A stretch of 64,000 nt of DNA from Orbicella franksi. Its lineage: Eukaryota. The notes beneath the pieces are model-generated. The model was not told where the DNA came from, searched no databases, and worked only from the letters and a program-made list of their open reading frames with translations. The position numbers and the translations under genes are program-made. The stretch covers positions 19,840,001 to 19,904,000 of the forward strand of contig OZ116710.1 in assembly GCA_964199315.1 (NCBI GenBank), read 5' to 3'. Of the stretch, positions 1 through 11,350 are shown one piece after another (within the stretch, counting starts at the first letter, position 1; each line of letters starts with the position of its first letter).

Positions 1-2
1 AG

Positions 3-263
3 GTAAGAAGAAGGAGATGGCGATTCATTGGACACATCCTCAGACAACAGCCTGACAATGACTGTGTTACAGCCCTGACATGGACCCCAGAGGGAAAGAG
101 AAAGAGAGGCCGGCCAAAAACAACCTGGCGGCGCACAGTAGAAAAGGAGAGGTCCAAAGCAGGGTGGCAGTCCTGGAGAGAGGTGCGCACTGCAGCGCAA
201 GACAGGAATCGATGGAGAGCACATGTGGAGGCCCTATGCGAGAAAAAGGGAAAGGAGAATTGA
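3..263 (+). mobile_element. 3' end of an RTE-clade non-LTR retrotransposon ORF (continues left of the window)
   Basis: Frame 3 from base 3 reads VRRRRWRFIGHILRQQPDNDCVTALTWTPEGKRKRGRPKTTWRRTVEKERSKAGWQSWREVRTAAQDRNRWRAHVEALC..., stop TGA 261-263. W..GH..R, GKRKRGRPK.TW and AQDR..WR..V.ALC are the characteristic RTE C-terminal motifs. It is absent from the ORF track because it has no start codon. Confidence 0.85.
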
Positions 264-1196
264 AGTGGAGGGGGAGGGGGGAGGATGCATACCATGGGGT
301 GGGATTCAGCCGGTTTCGGGACCTTTCAGTAGAAGGAATTTTACGCTTGGGTGAAAAATTTTGGGTAGACGTTATTTAAAATAAGTCATGAGTTTGTCTT
401 CTTTTCTAGAGGAATGCTTAAACAAAGCTTCACCATGGGGGATCTTTTGATCAGAAATAAGTCATACACATTCATGGACCTATAATCGGTGGAGGGAGTG
501 CATTACTGCAGGGAGAATGTGTTGCGTCTGATATTTGGATAGCTTCTAGCTTAGCGCTTTTTTCAGCTAGGTGGAAGGGCTTATCTTTTAAGAAATTCAC
601 CGGACAAAGCCTCTGGCAGCAAAACTGAAGGATCACTATAGACGGTAGTTATTTCCTATTTCCTTTCAGCAGATCTAACGCTAGCGGAAGGGGGGGGGGT
701 GGGGGGTTGGAGGGGAGGGCTGGGAGACGGGCACATGAAAGCTGATGTTCTGACCGACGTTTCCCATTAAAAAGATTGAACTTTTAAATTCTACATTGCG
801 AGAAACAGAAACTGTATTGAATCAGGGAAGGCTATGCGATCCCGAAGCCCTGCAAGAAAATTCTGCATTGTTAATGTTAGGGCCAATCGGAATACAGGAA
901 AGCCGTTCTATGGCGTGGTATAAAAACAAGTGTGTATACCAAGAAAATATAAGTGACAAGTGGAGCTGGAATAGAATGATCACGAAAAGCAGCAATGATT
1001 TTTTCCCCCATTTCTCTAATCCCTTCGCAATAATACATTTCATATCTTCCACTCTTGTCATTAAAATCATATAAACTGCGTAGTAGAATTGTCCAAATAT
1101 TTGAAAACCTGCTGAAAACGTCATTTCTTCCAGGCAGGGAACGTTTCATCGTGCTATCGTTCCAATTCCTTCTCTTCTTCAATTTCTCGCGTTCTG

Positions 1197-1224
1197 ATTG
1201 GTTCTATGATGTAAACTGACGTCT
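1197..1224 (+). promoter_or_regulatory. Putative SNRK proximal promoter (inverted CCAAT box plus CRE-like site)
   Basis: ATTGG at 1197-1201 and TGACGTCT at 1217-1224, about 80-110 nt upstream of the kinase ATG. Motif match only. Confidence 0.35.
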
Positions 1225-1305
1225 CCATTGTTTCCTCTGAATATTGTTTGCATCAACAGCATATAGAAAATGGCCGATCCATGCCAGGATGTTTGAGACG
1301 AGAAG

Positions 1306-1903
1306 ATGGCGAAATACTCCCAAAATTCCACCTTGAAAGATGGGCAAATTGCCGGATTGTACGACTTACAAGAAACTCTAGGATGCGGGCACTTTGCTGT
1401 TGTTAAAGTTGCGAGACATGTTTTCACGGGAGAGCGCGTGGCTGTTAAAGTGATTGACAAAACTAAACTCGATGAGATCTCCAGAGCTCACCTCTTCAAA
1501 GAGGTTCGTTGCATGAAGCTCGTTCAACATCCAAATGTGGTTAGACTCTACGAAGTCATCGACACACAAACTAAACTTTATCTTGTTCAAGAATTAGGCG
1601 ATGGCGGTGATATGTACGAATATATCATGAACCATGAACAAGGCCTCAGCGAAGACAAAGCCCGACATTATTTCCAGCAAATTGTACTCGCCATTGACTA
1701 TTGCCACAAACTACACATAGTGCACCGGGATTTGAAGCTCGAAAATGTGATATTCTTCAAGAGTTTGGACGTAGCCAAGCTTACTGATTTTGGATTTTCG
1801 AATAAGTTCTCTCCCGGTCAAAAACTCGATACCTCATGTGGGTCTCTTGCTTATTCCGCTCCTGAAGTTTTGCTTGGAGATTCGTACGAAGCTCCAGCAG
1901 TAG
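1306..1903 (+). CDS. SNRK: SNF-related kinase, coding exon 1 (kinase subdomains I-VIII)
   Basis: [37 protein letters not shown] and [12 protein letters not shown] match SNRK. Donor G|gtaagt at 1904, phase 1. Confidence 0.95.
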
Positions 1904-3291
1904 GTAAGTTTTTTCTTCATTATTAACTTAATATTAAATATCGGCTTTGAAAGTTGCGTGTTCATTTCCTCATGCTGTTCAACTCTGCCTTGACTAAGCT
2001 TATTGAAATATGGTGCATTTTCACATATTTCACCTTTAATAACATAAACATGCTTCGGCCCTGCGGGGTTGAATCATAAAATTATAGTGGTTTGCCGTTT
2101 GTAGCAGGATCATATTTTGTTCAATATCAAGTTCTCTGGAAATTTTCCTTGTTGTCTTCACAATATCCATGGCGTCGTATGCTTTTTACATGTATGTCGT
2201 GTTGATTCATGTGATGAAAATTACTGTTACAAGAAGTCATGCGTTAATTTGCTTGCCGCCTTGGAGGTGCACGTTTCGAATATTTACCTCTTGTACAAAT
2301 GTATTTAGATATACTGTACTCGAGTTTTTCAACTGAACTGAATTTTATTGGCCTCTCACAGTAGGAGGCAAGCGTTTTAATTTTACTGAACTTTCTCTAA
2401 TATCTACTGTAATCAGTCATCAACCAGATTATTTTTTTTGAAAATTATTTTTGTTGGGGGTAGAGCTATTAATATTTTAATATTAAAGTTGACTAATGTG
2501 CACGCGGAAATCGACACCTGCCATAAACGTAACCAACTTAAATTTGAATGAATTCTATTTTTCGGTTACATGTAAAACAAGAAGTGACAGATTAGTGTGT
2601 TTCATTATCAGATTTTTGACTTATTGTTTCAATTTTTGTGGGTTTTTACATTATCAGTTCTTGATAACTGGGAAAAGATTGTCAGGATCTAACTTGAGGT
2701 GTAAAAGTACAAATTGTAATGCTATTGAGGTGGAGAGTTTAATTTCGCTGATTTGTAAATCCATTGAGACTGAAGTTTCATAAGTAATGAATATAAAATT
2801 AATGTTGTTAGATGTTTCTAAAATACTTGGATTCGCGAGATGTTTACACTACAGAGGTATTTGAATGGGACCAAATTCACTGTTTTCATGAAGATAATGG
2901 TTCCTATGTCCTTGCAATCTTTTACTGGGTATTCCAGGACATGTTGTCGCTTGCTTAAGTTACCAAAGCAAATTACAGCATTTGTGAATTTGTCCTGTCA
3001 AAAATCGTCCTTCACGCTTGTCCAATCCAGGCTATGTGAACACTAATTGTCACCTTCTGAATATAGAATAGAATGCAATAATTTCTTGTTTGCCTAATCA
3101 TCTCATTGTCAACATTACAGCAATCACTGCCTATTGCAGTGTAATTATTAAGCCAGCTGTTACCACATAATTTGCGATATAAGTATGGAGTGAAATTCAG
3201 AAGTTTCTTGATCCATACACAAGTGAAATATTTAGGTCTAGCTCAAATAGTGAATCTGGTACAAATCAGATTGTTGATGGCAGCGACATTT

Positions 3292-3350
3292 ACTGTAAAG
3301 TGCCATGAGCCCTGGATATGGCGCTATACAAATCTATTATTATTATTATG
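3292..3350 (+). mobile_element. Probable CR1/L2-type LINE 3' tail fragment in SNRK intron 1
   Basis: ctgtaaagtgccatgagc...gatatggcgctatacaaatc followed by (TAT)n resembles LINE 3' ends with a short tandem tail. Family assignment is from recollection. Confidence 0.4.
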
Positions 3351-4499
3351 ATAATATGCATGTCTTTTTGCTTTGATTGACATAGCCTGTGTTACAGCCG
3401 TCCTCGCCGAACAAAAAAATTGGAGACAGTGTCTGTGTTGCCATGCTAATTTCATGTTTGCTACATAAATTGCCCACTGATTAAAGCCATTTCAGTGCCA
3501 TAGCATCTAATGTGACACATGGAGACAACAAAGGAATTTGCTATCTGGAAGTGATCTTTGCATGAGATGTTAAGTAACAGCCTGCAAAGCAGGAGGATTA
3601 GTTGGGGCAGAGCGCAAAATGCGATACAGGGGCATGGAGCATGACCATGGATGTGAAACGCGATTTTAAATCAAAGAACATCTGCCTGTCAGTCACACTG
3701 AGAGTAATGCTCTTCAAACCATTTGCCAGGCGAACAGTTTTTGCTCATTGGTTACTACATCAATTTGTACGGCTTGTGACATTTTTACCATTTGCTGTTC
3801 TCGTTTGAATTTACAGTTTTTTCAACCTTTCATTTTGTTCCTCACTTTTTTCTGAAGAGCACTTTAAGTTAAGAATTTCTTTAAAAATAGAGTATAGCCG
3901 TTTGACTGTGGTATTAGCAAATGTTTAGAGTTCATAGGTTGGTTTTGAATGTGATCTGTCACTTGGTGGAGTTTGATCACATGTATCATTTGATGTTTCC
4001 AGGACAATGTATAAAGTTTGACATGTAACTGCAAGTGTTGCGCTAAAAAAGGAACTGTTCAAATTAGTCAATTGAAACTACAACACAATGGCTGTTAAAA
4101 CCTCTGGTTAAATTATTGATCAGGGAAAGTATTAATGGCAGCTTGTAACTGTTAGTTCAAATAACTCAGATTAATTGTGTTAAAATTTCTAGTTCATTTG
4201 TTGGTGAGTGTTAATCTCAATCGTTTTTGCGTACATCACACAGTGGTAATGTAGATGCTGTGAAAAATTAAATTGAAGTCAAGTAAAGACTGGCTTTTAT
4301 CTGTTAACTTTTATTTTACAGCACTGGTTAACATTTTATTAAAAAACCTTTCTGCTGTTTGAAAAATATACAGAGATATGCGAGGAGAATAAGATTTTTA
4401 CTATAATTGCTCTTGCATGCTAAGGCTTGTTATTCAAGTTTTATCAAAGGATAGTCAGTATTCTCATTTCATGTTACTAATAAATGGTTTTTGGTTTAG

Positions 4500-4641
4500 A
4501 CATTTGGAGTCTGGGAGTCATTCTTTTCATGCTGGTGTGTGGTCGCGCCCCATTTTATGAGGTTAACGACAGCGAAACACTCATCAATATCATGGATGTG
4601 CGGTACAGTGTATCTGATCATGTATCTCAAGCCTGTCAGAG
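4500..4641 (+). CDS. SNRK: SNRK exon 2
   Basis: Acceptor tttag at 4498-4499; G|AC restores D of DIWSLGVILFMLVCG...NDSETL. Donor AG|gttagt at 4642, phase 2. Confidence 0.95.
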
Positions 4642-5062
4642 GTTAGTTTCTGATGATATAAACCATTTGTCAGATGTGTTTTTGACATTGTTTTGGACTG
4701 GATGTAACATCATAAAATAACATCATATGACATTAGAACTGTTGAAAGTATTTTAACCTGCCCCTACACAAGGAGATGATATCTAACAGTGCATGTTAGA
4801 TCCCCCTGAATTTCTTTAGGCCGAGGATTTCTGTTATTGTGTCCCATTTTCAAATCTTTGTCATGATATGAAATATTCAAATATGTTGTGTGGGAAAATG
4901 ACTCACAACAGGATATTGTATGAAGGAAGCTGCATTTTGTTAGTTTATGTTTGTTATAATCTTCAACAAAAACAACATCCAACTGATGTAAACTGCCAAA
5001 TACTTCCTGTTGTACTAAAATGTCCTGTGCAAAGTATCTAATTTACCCAATTTAAGAACAAG

Positions 5063-5196
5063 AATAGGCCATTTCAGAGTTTACTTTTGCTTCTGTGTCA
5101 AAATAAGTCTGTGCGAAACTGTTCAATATGAAAATGTATTCTGCCTACCTGTTTATTTTCTGGCAAATCAAACTCATAACACAGAACTGGCCTATT
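5063..5196. mobile_element. Short MITE-like element with terminal inverted repeats
   Basis: aataggcca at 5063 and tggcctatt ending at 5196. Confidence 0.55.
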
Positions 5197-5760
5197 GAAT
5201 ATTTTCTATCATTACCACGAGGATTGGGAAGGCCGTGCGCCATGCGCATATGGCACATAAAGCTACAAAATGGTGCATTTTGAAAGTACTTACCAGGCCT
5301 GCGATACGCCCTAGAACAAAACAGCTAGTAAAATATACGCTTTGTGGAAAGGACTTTCATTTGTGAAATTTTCAGTGAAATGACGAATAAACACACGAGA
5401 AATCATGATGCCTTTTCTCTGTAATCGACGCTATAAAAGCGTTCAATTTGTTTTCATTCACAGACCCCTTACTTGGACTCTGCTCAGAAACAAGGTTTTT
5501 GCTCAATCCGTGAACTTTCAGTTTTCAATGATAGAATCGCCTGACTTGAATATGTTTTGCATGCTATAATTAGCCAAATAATGTGCCTCCGAAAGCGAAA
5601 GTTCCGAAATTGGATGTCCAAGACTCTGAGATTGTTGCCGTTTTGCACTTTGAACACGGAGTCCACCACGACGAATTGTGATCCTGAAAACAACAATGAA
5701 ACCAAAGCTTCCAAGCCTTCTAGTCTGCTTGAGGGATGTTAAGTAAGAAAATGTCACAAG

Positions 5761-5925
5761 GAAGGTTTAGCACAAGAAATCTTAAATGAAGCCCAGAAAA
5801 GAAATATACCCCCTACAAAGATGATTGGATTTGGTTCTGATGGAGGAAACGTCATGAGTGGGGAAGGAAAAGGCATAAATGGGAGGCTGAAAGAACAAAA
5901 TGCGCACATGATATCGCTTGTTGAA
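5761..5925 (+). mobile_element. hAT-type transposase relic in SNRK intron 2
   Basis: In-frame EGLAQEILNEAQKRNIPPTKMIGFGSDGGNVMSGEGKGINGRLKEQNAHMISL resembles the hAT/ZNF862-type GF.SDGA..M.G...G motif. It breaks off before the expected HC..H. Confidence 0.7.
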
Positions 5926-6195
5926 ATTTTTTATGGCCCATTTATTTACCCTAATGGCCCAAAAGTTTTAGAATGGCCCATAACTTTCCATTGCCACGGG
6001 CCATAGGCTCATTCGCCTGTTTTGCCTTCCCAATCCCTGTTACCACAATTGGGTAATGACAAGTAATTTACATTACAGTATTTTTGGAGCTTTCTGCTAC
6101 CCTTTGTTCCGGTAAGTGTCAGCATTACCAATGTAAATTAAGGCAATTGATGACAAAATCTACCATTTCAAACTTCTCCTTCTGTCTTTCAACAG

Positions 6196-6405
6196 CCTCA
6201 TAGAAAAGATGTTGGTGCGGGAGCCATATTTACGCTCCACTTTAGAGAGCATAATGGCTGACTCCTGGTTTCAGGGGGGACACCCTCCTGTACTTCCCAC
6301 CCCTGTACCCTTAGTAACAGAACTCCCACTCACCCCAGAAGAACACAACTATGTGATGGACACGATGGAGGCTGGGAACATTGCTGACCGAGAGACTGTT
6401 CAAAA
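6196..6405 (+). CDS. SNRK: SNRK exon 3 (end of kinase domain, start of UBA)
   Basis: Acceptor aacag; AG|C=S then LIEKMLVREP...HNYVMDTMEAGNIADRETVQ. Donor AA|gtaagt at 6406, phase 2. Confidence 0.93.
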
Positions 6406-6788
6406 GTAAGTGATGCTACTGTTCTACATTTGTCTTGCTAACGTCGAGAATTCTAGATGGAAACCTGTGCAAGTGTGTCCATACAAGGGATATTTTTGTT
6501 ATTTTATAGAATTTTATATGATTAATACAGTTTTGGTGCAATAATTTGAAGAAGTCATGGGTTTGAATCCTGTTCCGGCCTGAATTTTATTTTTTTTTAA
6601 CGACTGCTTTAGTTGTGTAGATAACTGCAATAATCTATTCCGACATCTAACCTGTTTTTCATTTGCTCAGCCAGTCTTGGTTGAATAGGACTGGTATTTA
6701 CAATTAGAAAGACATGTATATTTGTGGTCTAAAGACTTTTGTTCTTCTGCCTTCGGCTTAATAGTTAATTTATATGTGACATTTACAG

Positions 6789-6959
6789 GTCCTTGGAAAA
6801 CAATACATACGACCATGTGACAGCAACCTACTACCTTCTAGCAGAACAGCTGTTACGGCGTTTGAAAACATCAAACAGCAGCTTACAACCTTCCGTCAGA
6901 AGAAGAAAGAATGGACGGCTTTCCTTGCCGGAGAACAGGCGACGAGAACAGCTCCCAAG
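6789..6959 (+). CDS. SNRK: SNRK exon 4 (UBA domain end)
   Basis: Acceptor tttacag; KSLENNTYDHVTATYYLLAE matches the SNRK UBA (Y.HITATYFLLAE). Donor AG|gtattg at 6960, phase 2. Confidence 0.92.
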
Positions 6960-6980
6960 GTATTGTAACTATCTGATGCT

Positions 6981-6993
6981 AGTATCACCCAAC

Positions 6994-7030
<37 letters not shown>

Positions 7031-7187
7031 TGCTACTACAGGACTATTAGTAATAGTCCTCGAGTGGCGAAATTGGCGCAATCGAGCGTGACGCTTTCTT
7101 TCGTTTCATTCCCAAATAAATATTTCTTCAACTTGCATTTGCTAACTTTATTATTGCCTTTGCTGTCCGACTAGTTGGGTGATACTA

Positions 7188-7221
<34 letters not shown>

Positions 7222-7293
7222 GTCTATAGCCCATTCGGCTTCGCCTCATGGACTATTGACCCGTAGCCCTTGCGGGCTACGGGTCTAATTGTT
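6981..7293. mobile_element. Non-autonomous element with a 17-bp inverted repeat and a terminal multi-hairpin
   Basis: agtatcacccaactagt (6981-6997) and actagttgggtgatact (7170-7186) are perfect inverted repeats. They are followed by aacaattagaccc...gggtctaattgtt (7189-7293), which contains inner hairpins. Confidence 0.6.
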
Positions 7294-7614
7294 AAGTAAC
7301 AATGTTTAGACAAGCGTAGGAAATGCTTAAAAAACTCGTTGTAAGAAGTTTAAATGGGCACAAGTAAATTTTCAAACACTAAAAAAATTGCGTGATCCCG
7401 CAGGGCGAGTGCAATGTGCAGTCTTTGAGAAATTTATGAGTGCTGATTTATTTCAAACTGCAATTGAAAAAAACGAGAAGGTGATCTGGGTGTTGGGGTA
7501 ATCCCATAAACCTTTTTAGACGCATAGGGAACATAATTTTCCTTCGCAACATTACTCTGGTAATAAAGCGTGTGTCAAAGCCCTCTGTTAATTGAACCTC
7601 CCATATTTCTTCAG

Positions 7615-8923
7615 CACTCCTGTGGTAGAATTCGTGGAAGAAGATAAAGAAAACGATTCTGAGAACCACTCAGACACTGGCTCGGCCTCAAGCTCCCCGA
7701 GACTTCGCCGCAACTCCTCTGGAAGACTGGCGCCGAGGGAGGGGCAAATGTTGAACGAAACGATTAAGGCGCATGCGATCGAGGCGGATGAAGTTCTGCA
7801 CAGTTCGATGGAAGAAGATGATCTAGTGGTGTCCGGAAGTCTTTCGAAAACGCATGTAAAATTCCACTCAACGAGCGCCCTTCCGGATAAGCCTTCCACA
7901 TCGACAAACTCCCAGTTTTCGACCGAAATCACTCCAAGTTTTCCGTCGTTGGCGCGACCTAGAGTCGGTCGCCACAGTCGATTGGGAAAAGCGAAGAGCT
8001 CTCCTTTGGCGTTGAATCAAATTCACGAGGAGCGTGAATCTGATTTAGAGGACAGTCCAGTTAACTCGCCGCGTGTTGAACGGACTAGAAAGCATCTCGG
8101 GGGAGGAGTGATGAAATCAAAAAGGACAACGCGCCGCCTGTCGCCGGTACCCTCGGGGGGCAGTCGGCGATCCTCGAGTTGCAGTAGTTCAGATGAAGAC
8201 GAAATCGAAAAACACATGCGTAGGCTTAAAACCACTTCTGGATGTAAATTAAGTTCCAGGCGCGCGAATAACGATGATGGCGACTTCGATGGGGATAACG
8301 GAGGAGGCAGTGGTGTTGGAGGAGGTAGTAGCTTGGGAACTACTCTAGTAGTTCCCTCGGAAAATGGCTCGAGCGGAGAGCAATCTTCGTCTAATAAAAA
8401 CCCACCGTCTAAACAAGAAAGTAACGGCAAAAACAACTGTTTAAACGTGAATCATGGATTTGCCCCACTTTGCGAGGATCTAGGCGTTATAGAGGAGAGC
8501 AATAAGGAAAACTTTGATAATAATATTGCAAACGATGTGGAAGAACTTGAGAAGAAAGGAAAAACGGAGATTTGCAATGGGAAAAAGAGCCCACTCATTG
8601 AGGAATGTGACGCATTACCTTCCAAAGGTGACGCGGAACAAGACCGAAACGGGTTTTTAGAGAAACGAAATAGCGCCTCGAAGTACATTCGTAAAAACTG
8701 CGACGCAGACGGAAGAACGTTTACTTTGAATAACGACAACGAACAAGAGTATAGCAAAAACAAGCGCAACTCTCTTGATGGTATGGTAAATATAGAAATC
8801 GGTGATGTGAGCCTGCAGTCCAGGGACACAAAGAGGCTGGTGGAGGACACCAAGAAAAACATGCGTTTACTCCACAGCCCAGCCATTCAAACGGTAACCA
8901 GTAACTGCTGTCAAATATTTTGA
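7615..8923 (+). CDS. SNRK: SNRK exon 5 (Ser/acidic tail, ends CCQIF); spliced CDS is 2430 nt = 809 aa
   Basis: Acceptor tttcttcag; AG|C keeps frame. LNQIHEERESD and RRSSSCSSSDEDE resemble conserved SNRK tail motifs. Exon lengths 598+142+210+171+1309 sum to a multiple of 3. Confidence 0.92.
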
Positions 8924-10003
8924 TTCCATCATTTTCAGTTTCATGTACATAGGTCTGTATGTCTTTACTTTCTTTTTTTAATTTCCAAGTTGGCCGGAAG
9001 CATGGTTTGATCCTGATTCCATAAATTGCTAATATATTCTTGCAAAGTAATTAGAGATGCTATGTATTTTATATTGATTTTTTTTGCCCCTTTTGTTTTA
9101 CAATTTTGAATGATGCGTTAAAAGTCAGTCAAATTTTATTCCAATTAATTACCTAACGTACGTGATAGTTAACAGCAGTTTTGATGAGAATTATGAAAAT
9201 TTCAAATTTTCCCAAATTTTACGAAGAAAGTTTCTTCTATTGTATTCATCGTTTGGACAATTTTAAAACTGTGGTAAATTTTGCTGGAAGTGTAGCTAAA
9301 ATTCTTCATTTTTTTGGCTGGCACCTTGTAGTGCTAAATGTGCATTACGAGCTACAAAGACGTCTGCGTTGGAATCGAATTTGCTGTGCTCCTCCAAGCC
9401 GGGAGCCTGTTCGTAGGCTATAGAAATAATTATTTTTTGGACATCCAAATATGGAGGGAAGGATTCCCAGATCCTGCCTGATTTTCTGACCTTTCACCTC
9501 CCCTCTTAGTTAGCGAATGACCGCAGGTTCGGTTGTTGATTCAATTACACAAAGGTTCTGTTGGTTTGGTATTGGGATAATTTGTTTGCGATGACTAGTT
9601 GCGTCAATTTTTAAACATATTGGTCAACTGTTTGTCTAAACAAAGTACTTTTGTACAGCCGTCTCTGTATTAGAATATTGTAGATAGCTTGTGAAGAATT
9701 CGAGTAGTGGGCTGATGCTTTGTTGATCAGTTTTTGACGTTTGTAAAATATGGGAAAGATTGGTAGTCTCGTTGCCATGCAGTGCAGTTAAAAAAGTCTG
9801 CAGTGACAGGTTAAGGAGTTGCATAGTATTGTCATCCATGTTTTTTAGGAACTGCCTTGTTACTTTTCCTTGGACAACAAAAACAAATCTCTTCATTCGA
9901 CTTGCAGGTATTTGAATTGTGCAGTGGAAAATAACATTCAACGTGTGTTGTTTATAGATAACGTAGAAACGAGACAACATCTCCTTAGGGAATATCCCTT
10001 TGT

Positions 10004-10238
10004 GGGGGCCTCCCAGGGCTTTGGGGGAACAAGGGAACATGATCACTTATTTCAAGGGAACAAGGGATATTTGTGGGATTAATTTGAAGGAACAAGGGAT
10101 ATCTTTGCAAGAGAACTTTGACAAAATATTGTAGGGAACAGTGGAATATATTAATAGGGAACATGGGAGGAAAGTGAAATTTTCAAGGGATCTAGGGGAC
10201 ATGCTGCCCGCCTCTCCCCCACCCCCTGAGAGGCCCTC
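10004..10238. mobile_element. MITE-like element with internal GGGAACA repeats
   Basis: Imperfect TIRs gggggcctcccaggg / ccctgagaggccctc, with several internal (a)gggaaca copies. Confidence 0.55.
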
Positions 10239-11144
10239 AACGGTGAACGTAAAGTTGCCAACGCACCTAGTTATGCGTGCGCTTTCACAGGTAACAGTGT
10301 CTGCTGTGTTCGAGTTAGCATGTTGTTGTATAAGATGCCTGAAATCTGGTTAAAGCATTTAATCCCCCTATGATGTAATAAAGCTAAAAGCTTATCAGTC
10401 AAGTAGGTATGGAAGCGTCTCTGTAAATCTTCCCAAGGAGTACCTTTTCATTTATGAACTCTGTAAAAATTACTTCTTACATAAAAATGTATTCCTGTAA
10501 AATTAAGACGAGATATCGCGTTATGTTTCCGTTTATGATACTCTTTTACTTCTTAATCCAAATAACAGAATGATGTAACGTGTATTTTTTAATTTATTGG
10601 CCAGTCTTAACAATACCTGGCATTTATTGTACATAGTGAATTTATAAAGTATATGTAAAATGCCCTAAGTGTGGCTTTAAATGAATGCCATGAACTTTGC
10701 TATTAAATATACCTAAGAGTTGGCTATCCTCGGCTGTTGCAAACTTGTTTTACTTGTTTGGCTTACGAACAAAGGGATTTGTCAGATCAGTTATATCTGG
10801 GGGCGTTTGGAAAAACTAACGTGAACTACGATTGGGTGAATAATTGTTGCCCTTAGCACTCATCGGCCACTCGTTTGTCGAGTTGGAATCTAAATGATAA
10901 CAGACGAGACCCATTCTTGTCCCCAGAGCCGCTTGTCCCTCTCGACCGTCGAGGCCTTGGCACAAGAAAAAAGTTAAAAGGGTGGCTCTGGAGTGCTTTA
11001 TCCCTTGGGAAAAGTTTCACAAAATCAAAGTTAGGCTTTTCTTGCCCTTACAAAAGGGAGCCGGGAACAAAGGAGGGTTGCGGGGCTTAAAGGAGTGGCA
11101 GGGACTTGAAGGAAAATCCCCTAGATTCGCTCCTGGAAAGCTTT

Positions 11145-11282
11145 CTAATCAGGGAAGAAATCTTCCCATCCGTAATCATTAGCATTCTCTTGCTTGTCTC
11201 CCAGGGACTCGTCATCATCAGAGGCGTGGTAAGTATCTAGTTCTTGGAGATTAGCGCGAATTTCTTCTTCCTCTTGAGACAT
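11145..11282 (-). CDS. Stathmin-domain gene, terminal exon 2 (acidic tail MSQEEEEIRANLQELDTYHASDDDESLGDKQENANDYGWEDFFPD*)
   Basis: 68-nt intron 11283-11350 with gtaagt...tttgcag on the minus strand, phase 0, followed by 45 open codons and TAG at 11145-11147. Confidence 0.75.
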   Translation of the reverse strand: MSQEEEEIRANLQELDTYHASDDDESLGDKQENANDYGWEDFFPD

Positions 11283-11350
11283 CTGCAAATGAAAACGTCG
11301 TTTAAAAATTGTGCGGTTACAGACAAATGCAGTTTACAGTTAATACTTAC

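Noticed and set aside
80-379. 99-aa track ORF
   Set aside because: It is an alternative frame over the RTE LINE remnant; the meaningful frame is 3..263.
8023-8886. Two long minus-strand ORFs (137 and 144 aa)
   Set aside because: They are antisense shadows of SNRK exon 5 with no recognisable motifs.
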